A DNA stretch of 28,622 bases, taken from the IMG/VR virus record IMGVR_UViG_3300039918_000018, positions 1-28,622 of that record; one strand, written 5' to 3'. How positions within the stretch are numbered: position 1 is the stretch's first letter; every line of letters begins with the position of its first letter. The translations under genes were made by a program, and so were the position numbers. This document shows positions 16,154 through 25,263 of the stretch, one piece after another. The notes beneath the pieces are model-generated. The model saw nothing but the letters and a program-made list of their open reading frames with translations, did no database searches and was not told where the DNA came from. Source of the DNA: a virus (Duplodnaviria > Caudoviricetes).

Positions 16154-16380
16154 TTGCTTAAGACCGGACGCTAAACGCATGCGGACAGGTGCATCATGAC
16201 GATGCCGGAGGCATTGGCATGATGCACCGGTGCGTCCGCATTCCTTCTCATTCCTTCCGCGCGGCAGGCGCAGTTTTCGGCCATAATTCCGCGCCAGTGC
16301 CAGCATCTTCCCTCGCCCCGACCCATTTTTTCCAAGAAATAAATCAGGCCGGAATGGTGCTTGGGTCGATGGGTCAGGGG

Positions 16381-16649
16381 GTTGCCATGGTTGCCACTGT
16401 TTAAATCGATGTTGCCGAGGAATATGATGATTTATCAACATATTAATGGCTATGTTGCCATGTTGCCGCAATTTCGTGATGGGTCGCCTGCGCGCGATCA
16501 TGTGCACATGCGCGCGATCATGTGCGCGCGAGGCAAGCGTGGCAACATGGCAACCATATGCCTGAACCTGACCTAAGATCATGATTATAGGTCAAATATT
16601 GGTTGCCATCATGGTTGCCGATGGATCAATCAACGGCAACCATGGCAAC
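16381..16649. repeat. GTTGCC/GGCAAC iteron array with AT-rich spacers; probable replication origin
   Basis: 7 GTTGCC and 4 GGCAAC copies in 270 bp, arranged as two convergent sets around palindromes. Confidence 0.75.
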
Positions 16650-17297
16650 GAGGCCGCGCAGCGCTTGACCGTGAATGTGCCAAGCAGATACATCATCACG
16701 CCATGCGCGCCGGGCTATCCTCTCTGTCGATCGCCTGCCCGAATAAAATACGGGGCGTTTATTCGCGCCCAGCTGGGGGACGGGTGTCGGGGGGAGATGG
16801 GGGCGCGGGCTGGGGGATTTTTCGGCCTCGCGCGGGGATCGCGGCGACGATCGGATCGGCCAGGCGCTGGGCGCTGGGGGTGAAAGTCGGTCGGGAATTG
16901 TCGGTCGATGGCCTGCAAACCATCGCATTTCCGTCAGTTTCGGCACTGGATCGCCTAATGGGGCGTTGGGCGGGGCCGATTTCGGCCCGTCCGCGCGTCG
17001 GCCCCCATGCCCCCCTCGCGATCGCGCGCGTGTCCGGACATCCCGTCGCACGCGTCGGATCTGAAATCTGGAAAATTGTCGGCCAGTCGGCCGCCTTCAA
17101 CAGGTTTCTGGCCATCGGCCTAGCCCCCAACGCAAACTGGCCCGCAAACGGGTCGGGGTGCGGGCGGAAGGCACAACAATTTCCGATCAGACGGGTCGGG
17201 GATCGCCTGATCTTCGCGGGAAATGCGGTGCTGGCTTCAATTTCGGGGCTTTCAGGGCCGGGACTGGAAGCTGTGACGCTAGGCGGGGGCTTTTCCA

Positions 17298-17918
17298 GTG
17301 TCAACTGAACCGTCCAGCCTCGAAAAATCCTTCCGCGCAGTCACGGGGGAGAGCATCACGGCCGGGGTTGATCCCGAGCAGCTGGACATGCTGCGCGACG
17401 ACAAGGGCCGATTGCCGCAAGATGTGTTCCAGCAGCTGCGCCAGCGGGGTCGAGGCCGTCCGCCGAACGCAAGGAACAAGCGGAACGACGATCTGGCGCG
17501 CCTGATCGCGCATCAGCACGGCGATCCCGTGCTGTTCATGGCGAGCCTTTATTCGACGCCTCTCGATCAACTGGTCGAGCTGATGCTGGTGGCCGATCCC
17601 GGCGGCAAAGTGCAGAAGATGGGCGATATCGTGGCAAAGGCGCTGGCGGTGCAGCTGCAAGCGGCCAAATCGGTCGCCGAATATACCCATAGCAGGAAAC
17701 CGGTCCAGGCAGAGGTCAAGGTCGGCGTCGATGGCGTGATCGTCATGCCTGGGGCGAATGTGCTGGGCGGCGGGCCGGTGGAACAGGTGATGGGCAAGAT
17801 CGCCGACGCGCTCAACAGCGGGGCGATCGACCCGGCGCAGCTGCGCGACATGCGGATCGTGGACGGCGAGTTTTCCGACATCGATGGCGGCGACGGGGAG
17901 GACGATCCCGATGACTAA
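17298..17918 (+). CDS. Putative terminase small subunit
   Basis: Position before TerL; RGRPPNARNKR and AAKSVAEYTHSRKP motifs. Confidence 0.7.
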   Translation: MSTEPSSLEKSFRAVTGESITAGVDPEQLDMLRDDKGRLPQDVFQQLRQRGRGRPPNARNKRNDDLARLIAHQHGDPVLFMASLYSTPLDQLVELMLVADPGGKVQKMGDIVAKALAVQLQAAKSVAEYTHSRKPVQAEVKVGVDGVIVMPGANVLGGGPVEQVMGKIADALNSGAIDPAQLRDMRIVDGEFSDIDGGDGEDDPDD

Positions 17919-18039
17919 GCCGCAGGCTCCCCTCGTGGCGAAGGATCGGCCATTGTCGCGGGCGGAAAAGCTGCCGCTGCCGCGCTATGGCGAAATGGAA
18001 AAGCGGTTTGACGATTTCGTGCGGGGCCGGGTTAAGTGA
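17911..18039 (+). CDS. Small hypothetical protein (42 aa)
   Basis: Bridges TerS and TerL with overlaps at both ends. Confidence 0.4.
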   Translation: MTKPQAPLVAKDRPLSRAEKLPLPRYGEMEKRFDDFVRGRVK

Positions 18040-19589
18040 GCGGCTTTGCGTCCCTGATGGCGCCGGTCGGCCCGAAGGCGGAGGGGTTCGTCAACGACCA
18101 GCGGTTCCTGACCGCGATCATGGGGCCGTTCGGTTCGGCCAAGACGACGTCGTGCATCCGCAAGATCGTCAACAGCGCCTTCTGGCAAAATCCCGGCCCG
18201 GACGGGGTGCGGCGCGTGCGGTGGTGCTGCATCCGCGACACCTACGGCCAGCTGGAAGCGAACGTGATGAAATCATGGTTCAGCTGGTTCCCCAAAACGA
18301 AGTCCAACTGGCATGGGGGGATGATGCAGCACACGCTGCGGTTCGACGTGGTGGACGGTACGGGACAGGCCAGCGCGATCGAGATCGAGATGCTGTTCCG
18401 CGCGATGGGCGACCAGAAGGCGGAAGACGTGTTGAAGGGGCTGGAGCTGACCGGCCTCTGGCTCAACGAAACCGACACGCTTGACCAGAGCGTGTTTCTG
18501 TTCGGATGGCCGCGCACGGGCCGCTATCCGCCCGCCAAGCTGGGCGGGTGCCAGTGGCGCGGGGTCATCGCGGATTTCAACGCGCCGGACATCGACAATT
18601 GGACCTATGACTTTTTCGTCGAGCAACGTCTGGGGCTGACCGCCGAACAGGAAGTGCAATTGAAGCAGGTCCTTGGTCCGCGCTTCGGGATCGGGTTCTG
18701 GCGTCAACCCGGTGGCCTGTCGATAGACCCGCCCCCCGAAAATATCGAAAACCTATCCGAAGGTTATTATGAGGGCCTGTTGCTGTCCTACGCGAACCAG
18801 CCCAATTATCTGCGCCGGTTCGTGCATAATGAGTTCGGGGCGGTCAGGAATGGCCAGCCCGTCTTTCCCGAGTTCAACGACCAGATGCACGTCGCGCGGG
18901 AGAGCATCGTCGCCGATCCCGGCCTGCCGATCATTGCGGGTCTGGACGGCGGCGCGACGCCAGCCATGGTGTTCGCGCAAAAGTCCGACATGGATCAGCT
19001 GCGCATCCTGGGCGAACTGGTGTTGTTCGATCCCAAGGAGAAAAACGAGCTGGCGCGCATGGGGCCGACCGCCTTCGCCGAAATCGCTCGCGAGTTCATG
19101 GAAAAGCACTGGCCACGTTGCCGTTTCGGTGGCGGATTCTACGATCCCGCCGCCGACTTTGGCGAAATCGACGACGCTGGGACGTGGGTCGATCGGTTCA
19201 AGCGGACCTTTGGCGGAACGTGGAAACCGGGCGGGCGCGACGGCAACAGGCTGGAGCCGCGTCTTGAGGCCGTGCGCAAGCGGCTGAACCGATCGCCGGG
19301 CGGACAGCCGGCCCTCGTGCTGAACCCCGATCGCTGTTCGATGCTGCGCCGCGGCTTTACCGCAGGCTATATCATCGACCGGATCAAGACGAGCGCGGGC
19401 GGCCGATTCCGCGACCAGCCCAGCAAAAATGATTTCAGCCATGTGCAGGACGCGCTCCAATATCTCTGCCTCGGGCTGGAAACGCGCGGGCGCATCATCG
19501 ACGACATGGACCGGCAGACGGCGGCGCGTCAGGCGCAGGGGCCGCGCGTGTCTTACGGCGGCGGCTATTTCACGGGGCGGAGGAACTGA
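18036..19589 (+). CDS. terL: Terminase large subunit
   Basis: Walker A GPFGSAKT, WLNE Walker B, ADFNAP, nuclease motifs GLDGG, YDPA and SHVQDALQY. Confidence 0.92.
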   Translation: MSGFASLMAPVGPKAEGFVNDQRFLTAIMGPFGSAKTTSCIRKIVNSAFWQNPGPDGVRRVRWCCIRDTYGQLEANVMKSWFSWFPKTKSNWHGGMMQHTLRFDVVDGTGQASAIEIEMLFRAMGDQKAEDVLKGLELTGLWLNETDTLDQSVFLFGWPRTGRYPPAKLGGCQWRGVIADFNAPDIDNWTYDFFVEQRLGLTAEQEVQLKQVLGPRFGIGFWRQPGGLSIDPPPENIENLSEGYYEGLLLSYANQPNYLRRFVHNEFGAVRNGQPVFPEFNDQMHVARESIVADPGLPIIAGLDGGATPAMVFAQKSDMDQLRILGELVLFDPKEKNELARMGPTAFAEIAREFMEKHWPRCRFGGGFYDPAADFGEIDDAGTWVDRFKRTFGGTWKPGGRDGNRLEPRLEAVRKRLNRSPGGQPALVLNPDRCSMLRRGFTAGYIIDRIKTSAGGRFRDQPSKNDFSHVQDALQYLCLGLETRGRIIDDMDRQTAARQAQGPRVSYGGGYFTGRRN

Positions 19590-19590
19590 C

Positions 19591-19839
19591 ATGGCGGCGA
19601 TTGCACCATTTGCACCGATTATCGGCGGCATCATCGGGGCAGGCGCCAGTCTGCTGGCGCGGCCCAAGGCCCCGCAGGCCGCGCAGGCATTGCCCATGCC
19701 GACCCGCAATATGGCCGCCGAGCGCGCGGCCGTGAACGACAATCTTGCGCGCCGCGAGGGCACGCGAGCCAATCGCCGCACAGGCTATGGCGGTGTCGAA
19801 GCAGCGACGGGGGCGAGAACCAGCCTGTTGGGGCGGTAA
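19591..19839 (+). CDS. Small virion-associated protein
   Basis: GGAGG RBS; ends TSLLGR, as is typical of small pre-portal proteins in this podovirus type. Confidence 0.65.
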   Translation: MAAIAPFAPIIGGIIGAGASLLARPKAPQAAQALPMPTRNMAAERAAVNDNLARREGTRANRRTGYGGVEAATGARTSLLGR

Positions 19840-19857
19840 GAACGGAAGGAACGGACG

Positions 19858-20577
19858 ATGGAAGACAGGATTGCGGCCATAGCCGCCATGAGCATCGACG
19901 ACATGCGGAAGGCGCTGGCCGACCTGACGCAGGAGCAGCTGACGGAGCTGCGGGCGAAGGAAGTGGCAGGAAAGGACAGGGCCGGCGCGAAAGAGCTGAT
20001 TGACGATGCGCTGAAGGCGTTTGCCGAGCCTGCCACACCGCCCGCGCCGCCGGAAGCCCCGACGCCACCCGCGCCGGAGACGCCGCCTGCGTCGGAGCAG
20101 CCGGAACCTTCGCCGCCAATTGGCGAGGCGGGGCAGTCCGACGAAGCGGCCCTCCACCGCGGTCCCTTTGGCGGTTCCATGGCCGCAGCTGACCAGCGCA
20201 TCGTGCTGATCGTGCCGACCGACCGCCGCGATCTGGTCGCGCGGGTGCTGGCGGCGCTGGACGATGGCGACAGCCTGGCGATCGTGCTGGCTGACGAGGA
20301 TGGCGAAGCGCTGCCGATTCCGCCGATCGAAGTCCGTCCCGGCGACGTGCAGCGCTTCGGCGGGTCCAGTCCGTCGCTGATCTACAAGCCGCGCATCGAA
20401 CTGCCTCCCGAGCTTCCCGCCGTAGCGGTCCGACAGGCGTTCCTGCTGGTCGAGCCGCGCATGGACGATGATGGCCCCGCCGCGGCCGCCGTGTGCCGCC
20501 TGTCGGTTGACCTCAATGCAGGCGGTGGTCGGCGCGCGGAAATACCTGACGGGAACCTGCTGTTCGCCTTGGGGTGA
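19858..20577 (+). CDS. Hypothetical protein with Pro-rich linker
   Basis: RBS present; helical N-domain, PAPPEAPTPPAPE linker, beta-rich C-domain. Confidence 0.7.
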   Translation: MEDRIAAIAAMSIDDMRKALADLTQEQLTELRAKEVAGKDRAGAKELIDDALKAFAEPATPPAPPEAPTPPAPETPPASEQPEPSPPIGEAGQSDEAALHRGPFGGSMAAADQRIVLIVPTDRRDLVARVLAALDDGDSLAIVLADEDGEALPIPPIEVRPGDVQRFGGSSPSLIYKPRIELPPELPAVAVRQAFLLVEPRMDDDGPAAAAVCRLSVDLNAGGGRRAEIPDGNLLFALG

Positions 20578-20644
20578 ACCGCAACGGATTCGGTCGCCCA
20601 AGCGCCTGGGCGGTCGATGAGGACTGGCGGGGCGCGTCACGGGG

Positions 20645-22309
20645 GTGAGCATGTTCGACGCAGAAAAGATCATTCGCGATCAGGAGGAGATGGCGCAGGA
20701 GCGTCGCCCCTTCGAAACGATGATGCAGGAGTGCGCCGAGCTGCTGCTGCCCCGCCAGTCCAATTTCCAGAACCTTGGCAGCCTGTGGCAGGGGCGGAAC
20801 CTTACCACACCGATCTTCGACGAATATGCGCAGCAGGCGCTGGAACAGGGCGTGTCGTTGTTCGAGGGCTATGTGATGCCGCGCGGCCAGATATGGCAGC
20901 GGTTCGAGCTGGACGACGACGAACTGATGAAGAGCCAGCGCGTGCGCGCATGGGTGGACCTGAAAAACAGTCAGCTTTTTGCGCTCCGCAACGACCCGCG
21001 CAGCGGCTTTGCGGGGCAGGTGCATGAAAGCATCGCATCGCTGTTCGCGTTCGGGATGCAGTCGATGTGGCCCGACATTCGCCGCGACCTGGCCGGACAG
21101 GCTGTCGGCCTGTCCTACAAGAGCGAATTCATCGGCCAAATCTATGTGCGCGAGGACGCGAATGGCCTGATCGACACAGTGCATCACGCCTTCACGTTGA
21201 AGGCGCGGCAGGCGGCGGGCAAGTGGGGCAAGGCCGCGCCCGAGGCCGTGCAGAAAGCGATCCGCGATAACCAGTTGGAAGCGGACATCAATTTCATCCA
21301 CGTCATTGCGCCGAACCGCCGGTTCGAGCCGGGCCGGCTGGACGCGGCAGGGATGCCATGGGCTGGCGCCTATGTATGCCGGACCAACGGGCAGGAGCTG
21401 TTCGCGCAGGGCGGCTATCGCGTCATGCCGCGCATCGTGTCGCGCTTCATCAACGCTCCCAACGAAAGCTATGGCCGTTGCCCGGCCTTCACGATCCTTC
21501 CGACCGTCCGGGCGACCCAGCAGATGATGGTGGACATCATGGTGGCGTCGGAACTGTCGGCGCGCCCGCCGATGGGCGCGCATAGCGACCTTGCCGACCA
21601 GATGGTGCGCTACGCCGCCGGCGACATCACCTATGGCGCGATCGACAGCCGGGGCCAGCAGCTGCTGCGCCCATTGCTGGAAGGCGCGGACCTCAACCCC
21701 GCCATGGCGATGCTCGACAAGCTGCACGGCCATATCGACCGGGCGTTCTTCGTGGACATGCTCCAAATCCGCAACGAGCTGAAAAGCCATGTGACGGACA
21801 GCCAGCTTTACCAGCGCGACGAAGAGAAAGGCATATTACTGGGGCCGTTCGCCAATCAGGAAACCGAATGGCTGTCGCCCATGCAGGAACGTGAAATCGA
21901 CCTGATGGACCAGCTGGGCCTGCTGGACGACATGCCTGGCGAGGCCCAAGAGGCGATGGCGGACGGCGTCGGGCTCAAGAGCGTCTATGACAATGGCCTG
22001 TCGCGGGCGCAGGAGGCTGGCGCGGCGGCGGGCTATTTCCGCATGCGCGAGCAATATGCCGGCGTCGCCGCAAACGATCCGGAGGCATGGGCCGCGTTCA
22101 ACGAGAAATATCCGCCGGCCAAGGTTCTGGACAAGCTGGGGCGCATCAACGGCGTGCCGGCGAGCTGGGAAGCGGATGACGAGGAACGCAAGCTGGCGGA
22201 ACAGACGCGGCGGCAGCAGCAGAGCATAGCCGACACGCTGGCGCTGGCGGAATCGGCCAGCGGCACGGCGAAGAACCTGACGGCCATGGTGCCCGCCAAT
22301 GCCGCCTAG
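20645..22309 (+). CDS. Portal (T7-like head-to-tail connector)
   Basis: 554 aa; ESYGRCPA, IDRAFFVD and RDEEKGILLGP motifs; position after terminase; start could be ATG 20651. Confidence 0.92.
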   Translation: MSMFDAEKIIRDQEEMAQERRPFETMMQECAELLLPRQSNFQNLGSLWQGRNLTTPIFDEYAQQALEQGVSLFEGYVMPRGQIWQRFELDDDELMKSQRVRAWVDLKNSQLFALRNDPRSGFAGQVHESIASLFAFGMQSMWPDIRRDLAGQAVGLSYKSEFIGQIYVREDANGLIDTVHHAFTLKARQAAGKWGKAAPEAVQKAIRDNQLEADINFIHVIAPNRRFEPGRLDAAGMPWAGAYVCRTNGQELFAQGGYRVMPRIVSRFINAPNESYGRCPAFTILPTVRATQQMMVDIMVASELSARPPMGAHSDLADQMVRYAAGDITYGAIDSRGQQLLRPLLEGADLNPAMAMLDKLHGHIDRAFFVDMLQIRNELKSHVTDSQLYQRDEEKGILLGPFANQETEWLSPMQEREIDLMDQLGLLDDMPGEAQEAMADGVGLKSVYDNGLSRAQEAGAAAGYFRMREQYAGVAANDPEAWAAFNEKYPPAKVLDKLGRINGVPASWEADDEERKLAEQTRRQQQSIADTLALAESASGTAKNLTAMVPANAA

Positions 22310-22664
22310 AGCGCCGCTGCCCTCCATGACGGCCGACCTGCTGGCCATGCGTCAGGTGGCGCAAGCGCAGTCCGGCGTGGCGCGCCATGCGGCGCGCAGC
22401 CAGCTGGCCGTCCTGCGTGCCTATCACCAGTTGTTCCATGGCGATGATGGCGTGCTGCGCGATGCGGCGCAGATCGTGCTGGACGACATCGCGGCCGAAG
22501 CCGGTTTCGGCGTCATAAACGGCGGAATCGACCATGCGGAGCTGGCGCTGTCGGAAGGCAAGCGCCGGATGCTGCTGCACATCATCGCCCGCCTGCATGT
22601 GTCGCCGGAGCGGGTGCGCCAACTTGAAAGCCAAATGAGCCAGGAGGACGACAATGCCGGGTGA
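22299..22664 (+). CDS. Small phage protein (Bbp19-like)
   Basis: AYHQLF...VLDDI...SEGKRRMLLHI pattern between portal and scaffold. Confidence 0.7.
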   Translation: MPPRAPLPSMTADLLAMRQVAQAQSGVARHAARSQLAVLRAYHQLFHGDDGVLRDAAQIVLDDIAAEAGFGVINGGIDHAELALSEGKRRMLLHIIARLHVSPERVRQLESQMSQEDDNAG

Positions 22665-23493
22665 AGAAGGACAGGAACAGCAGGGCCAGCAAGGGCAGGA
22701 AGGCCAGCAGGGACAGGAAGCCGGTCTGCTCGATCGTGGTCAGCAGGGCCAGCAGGGGCAGGAAGCGCAGCTGCCCGAATGGCTGGCTGGCCTGCCCGAC
22801 GATTTGAAAGGAGACGCCACGCTGGCGCGGTTCAAGTCGGTGGAGGAGCTGGCGAAGGGCCATGTGGAGGCGCACAAGATCGCCAAGTCCAAGGTGGTGC
22901 TGCCCAAGGATGGCGACGCGGATTCGGTCAGCCGCTTCTTCGCGTCAATCCGCCCGGAGACACCGGACGCCTACCAGATCAACGTGCCCGAGGGGCAGGA
23001 CAGCAGCTTCGCCGACGCGATGAAGCCGATCTTTCATCAGGCGGGCCTGCATCCCGAAAGCGCCAAGGTGCTGGTCGATGGGTGGAACGCGCATATGGCG
23101 CAGATGGGCGAGGCGGCCGCGCAAAAGGGCAAGGATGAACTGGCCGCGCTGGAAGGCGAAATGGGCAAGGACGGCTTTGCGCGCGGCAAGCAGGCGGCGG
23201 TCAACATGCTGGATCGGCTGGGCATCCCTGCGAGTTTCGAGGATGACCTGGCGCGTTTCGTCGGCGGCGGCAATACGTTGCGTCTGTTGTTCAACATGGC
23301 CGAACGGATGGGCGAGCTGGGCCGGGTCGATCCGACCGACATCAAGATCAGCACGGGGCAGCTGACGCCGGATGAGGCGATGACCCAGGCGAGAGCTTTG
23401 CAGAAGAGCGCCGGCAAGAAGCTGGAAGACCCCAACAGCCCTGAGCGGAAGCAATATGACGCGCTGGTGGCGATCGGCAGCAGCAGGGGTTGA
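22654..23493 (+). CDS. Capsid assembly scaffolding protein
   Basis: Low-complexity Q/G/E N-terminus; FKSVEELAKG and RPETPDAY motifs; precedes the capsid gene. Confidence 0.85.
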   Translation: MPGEEGQEQQGQQGQEGQQGQEAGLLDRGQQGQQGQEAQLPEWLAGLPDDLKGDATLARFKSVEELAKGHVEAHKIAKSKVVLPKDGDADSVSRFFASIRPETPDAYQINVPEGQDSSFADAMKPIFHQAGLHPESAKVLVDGWNAHMAQMGEAAAQKGKDELAALEGEMGKDGFARGKQAAVNMLDRLGIPASFEDDLARFVGGGNTLRLLFNMAERMGELGRVDPTDIKISTGQLTPDEAMTQARALQKSAGKKLEDPNSPERKQYDALVAIGSSRG

Positions 23494-23518
23494 CGAACTT
23501 TTCCATCTGATACATTTT
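23490..23518 (+). promoter_or_regulatory. Putative capsid-gene promoter with a partial operator
   Basis: TTGACG-N17-CATTTT overlapped by TC-CATCT-GATACAT. Confidence 0.5.
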
Positions 23519-23738
23519 GCGCGTCGCAGGCCACCGGGGGGCGGCCTGACAATCAGCCTCCCGACCATATCCCGGCCATCCCGCTGTGCCCTCACAAGGG
23601 GCAGGCGGCCCCGGTGCTTCCCCGCCAAAGCGGTGGGCGCTCCAAGCGCGGCGACAAGCGCCAGATAGGCCCAGCGATCCGCTGCCATCCCTGTCGAAAA
23701 TCACGCGAAACCGTCATTTTTGATAGAGGGAAGGCATC

Positions 23739-24650
23739 ATGCCCGACAATTGGCCGGAAGGCACGCGGACCACCAGCTTCCAGCTGGCGGTCGAATATGA
23801 ACTCAATCAGATGCCCGGCAAGCTGTCGGTGCTGCCAGCGACCAGCGCGGGCTATAGCGACAAGTCGGTCGAGATCGTCGATCGGTTCGGCGACCTGTTT
23901 CTTGAAACCAAGAACGGCCGCAACGAAGACACCAACGAAACCGACATTTCCAGTTCGCGGCGCTGGATCAAGAAGCCGAAATCGGCGGACATCGCCGTTC
24001 TGATCGACCGCGATGATGTTAAATCCACCCGCGTGGACATCAAGTCGCCGATCGCCGTGCAGGCCGGCGTCGCCACCCGCCGCTATCATGACGATCAGAT
24101 GCTGGCCGGCTATTTCGGCAATGCCTGGACCGGCGAGACCGGTGACACGGCGATCCCGTTCAAGGCCGCCAATATCATCGCGCATGGCAACACCGGCTTC
24201 ACCAAGGCCAAGGTGCTGGCGGTTCGGGAGAAGATGAACCTGAACGACGTGGATATGGAAGCGGAAATGCCTGTCTGGCTGCTCGATCCGCAATCGGAGA
24301 CCGAGTTGCTTCAGATCGAGGAATATGTGGATTCCGACTTTCAGGACGGGCATCCGCTTGTTCGCGGCGAGATCAAGCCATGGCTTGGCTTCCGCTTCGT
24401 CCGCGCCAACCTGACCAGCACGCGCGCCTACAAGAATGGCGCGCCGCTGGTGGTGCCGGAGGCGGGCGCGGTCGCGCTGCCGGTCTTCGTGCCGAGCGGG
24501 CTTCATCGCGGCGTGTGGACCGAGTTCTACGGCGACATCGGCACACGGCGCGACAAGAAGATGTCCGAACAGGTCTATGCCGAAGCCTGTTCGGCCGTGG
24601 TCCGCGTCAATGAGGACAAATGCTATCAGGTCGTCGTCAAGCATGGCTGA
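23739..24650 (+). CDS. Major capsid protein
   Basis: 303 aa; position; SDFQDGHPLVRGEIKPWLGFRF and SAVVRVNE motifs. Confidence 0.88.
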   Translation: MPDNWPEGTRTTSFQLAVEYELNQMPGKLSVLPATSAGYSDKSVEIVDRFGDLFLETKNGRNEDTNETDISSSRRWIKKPKSADIAVLIDRDDVKSTRVDIKSPIAVQAGVATRRYHDDQMLAGYFGNAWTGETGDTAIPFKAANIIAHGNTGFTKAKVLAVREKMNLNDVDMEAEMPVWLLDPQSETELLQIEEYVDSDFQDGHPLVRGEIKPWLGFRFVRANLTSTRAYKNGAPLVVPEAGAVALPVFVPSGLHRGVWTEFYGDIGTRRDKKMSEQVYAEACSAVVRVNEDKCYQVVVKHG

Positions 24651-24653
24651 CGC

Positions 24654-24670
24654 GCCGCCCGGAGGGCGGC
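24654..24670 (+). terminator. Hairpin after the capsid gene
   Basis: CCGCCC-GGA-GGGCGG stem-loop; no U-tract. Confidence 0.35.
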
Positions 24671-24720
24671 GGCATGCCGCCCTTCGGACCTAATGCTCAC
24701 TCGTTCGAAGGGAACGGAAC

Positions 24721-25149
24721 ATGGCAAAGAAATATGGGAAGGCGCTGACCAACGTGCTGAACGGCGACGGCCAGAGCCGCGCGCCGGGCAGCAGCTACAA
24801 CGCGGCGCAGCGTGTGATGCGCGAAGTGTTCGACCTGTCGCTGGTTGCGGCCGGCGACGATCTCGTGCTGTCGAAACCGCGCGGCGGCGACGTGCTGCTG
24901 GGATGGAAGATCACGGGTTCGGTCGATCTGTCCGGGATGACGATGTCGATCGGCAATGCAACCTCGGCCGTGGTTTACATGACCGCGACGGCAGGGCCGG
25001 CGACACCGGGCGTTCCGAAGGAAGTCGGACTTGCGGCGGCGATCGACGATGATCCGCTGCCCGACAGCGTCGAGGTTCTGGGCCGCCTGGGCGGCGTTGT
25101 GCCTGGCGCCGGTATCCTCGTCGTTCTGACACTCGTTTCCCACCGCTGA
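24721..25149 (+). CDS. Putative capsid decoration/cement protein
   Basis: 142 aa, beta-rich; immediately after the major capsid gene. Confidence 0.65.
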   Translation: MAKKYGKALTNVLNGDGQSRAPGSSYNAAQRVMREVFDLSLVAAGDDLVLSKPRGGDVLLGWKITGSVDLSGMTMSIGNATSAVVYMTATAGPATPGVPKEVGLAAAIDDDPLPDSVEVLGRLGGVVPGAGILVVLTLVSHR

Positions 25150-25263
25150 TCCCAGCGGCGGGGCGGACGCGCCGTCGCAGCGGTTTGCCCGCGCTCTCCT
25201 GGGCGGGCAAGCCGGGACTGGAAACCCGCGACGGCGCGTCCTTCTCTTTATGGAGGGCGCGCC

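Noticed and set aside
16381-16649. CRISPR-like or telomere-resolution (tel) site
   Set aside because: Repeats are 6-8 bp, in both orientations and irregularly spaced; no cas or protelomerase gene and no long perfect palindrome
16124-17308. Overlapping ORFs of 67-201 aa in the origin/packaging region
   Set aside because: No clear RBS or recognisable motifs; the translations reflect the repeats and high GC
23593-23599. CACAAGG in the capsid leader matches the C4 loop target
   Set aside because: A 7-mer is expected once or twice by chance per strand in this window, and the partner TTGGCGT site is absent
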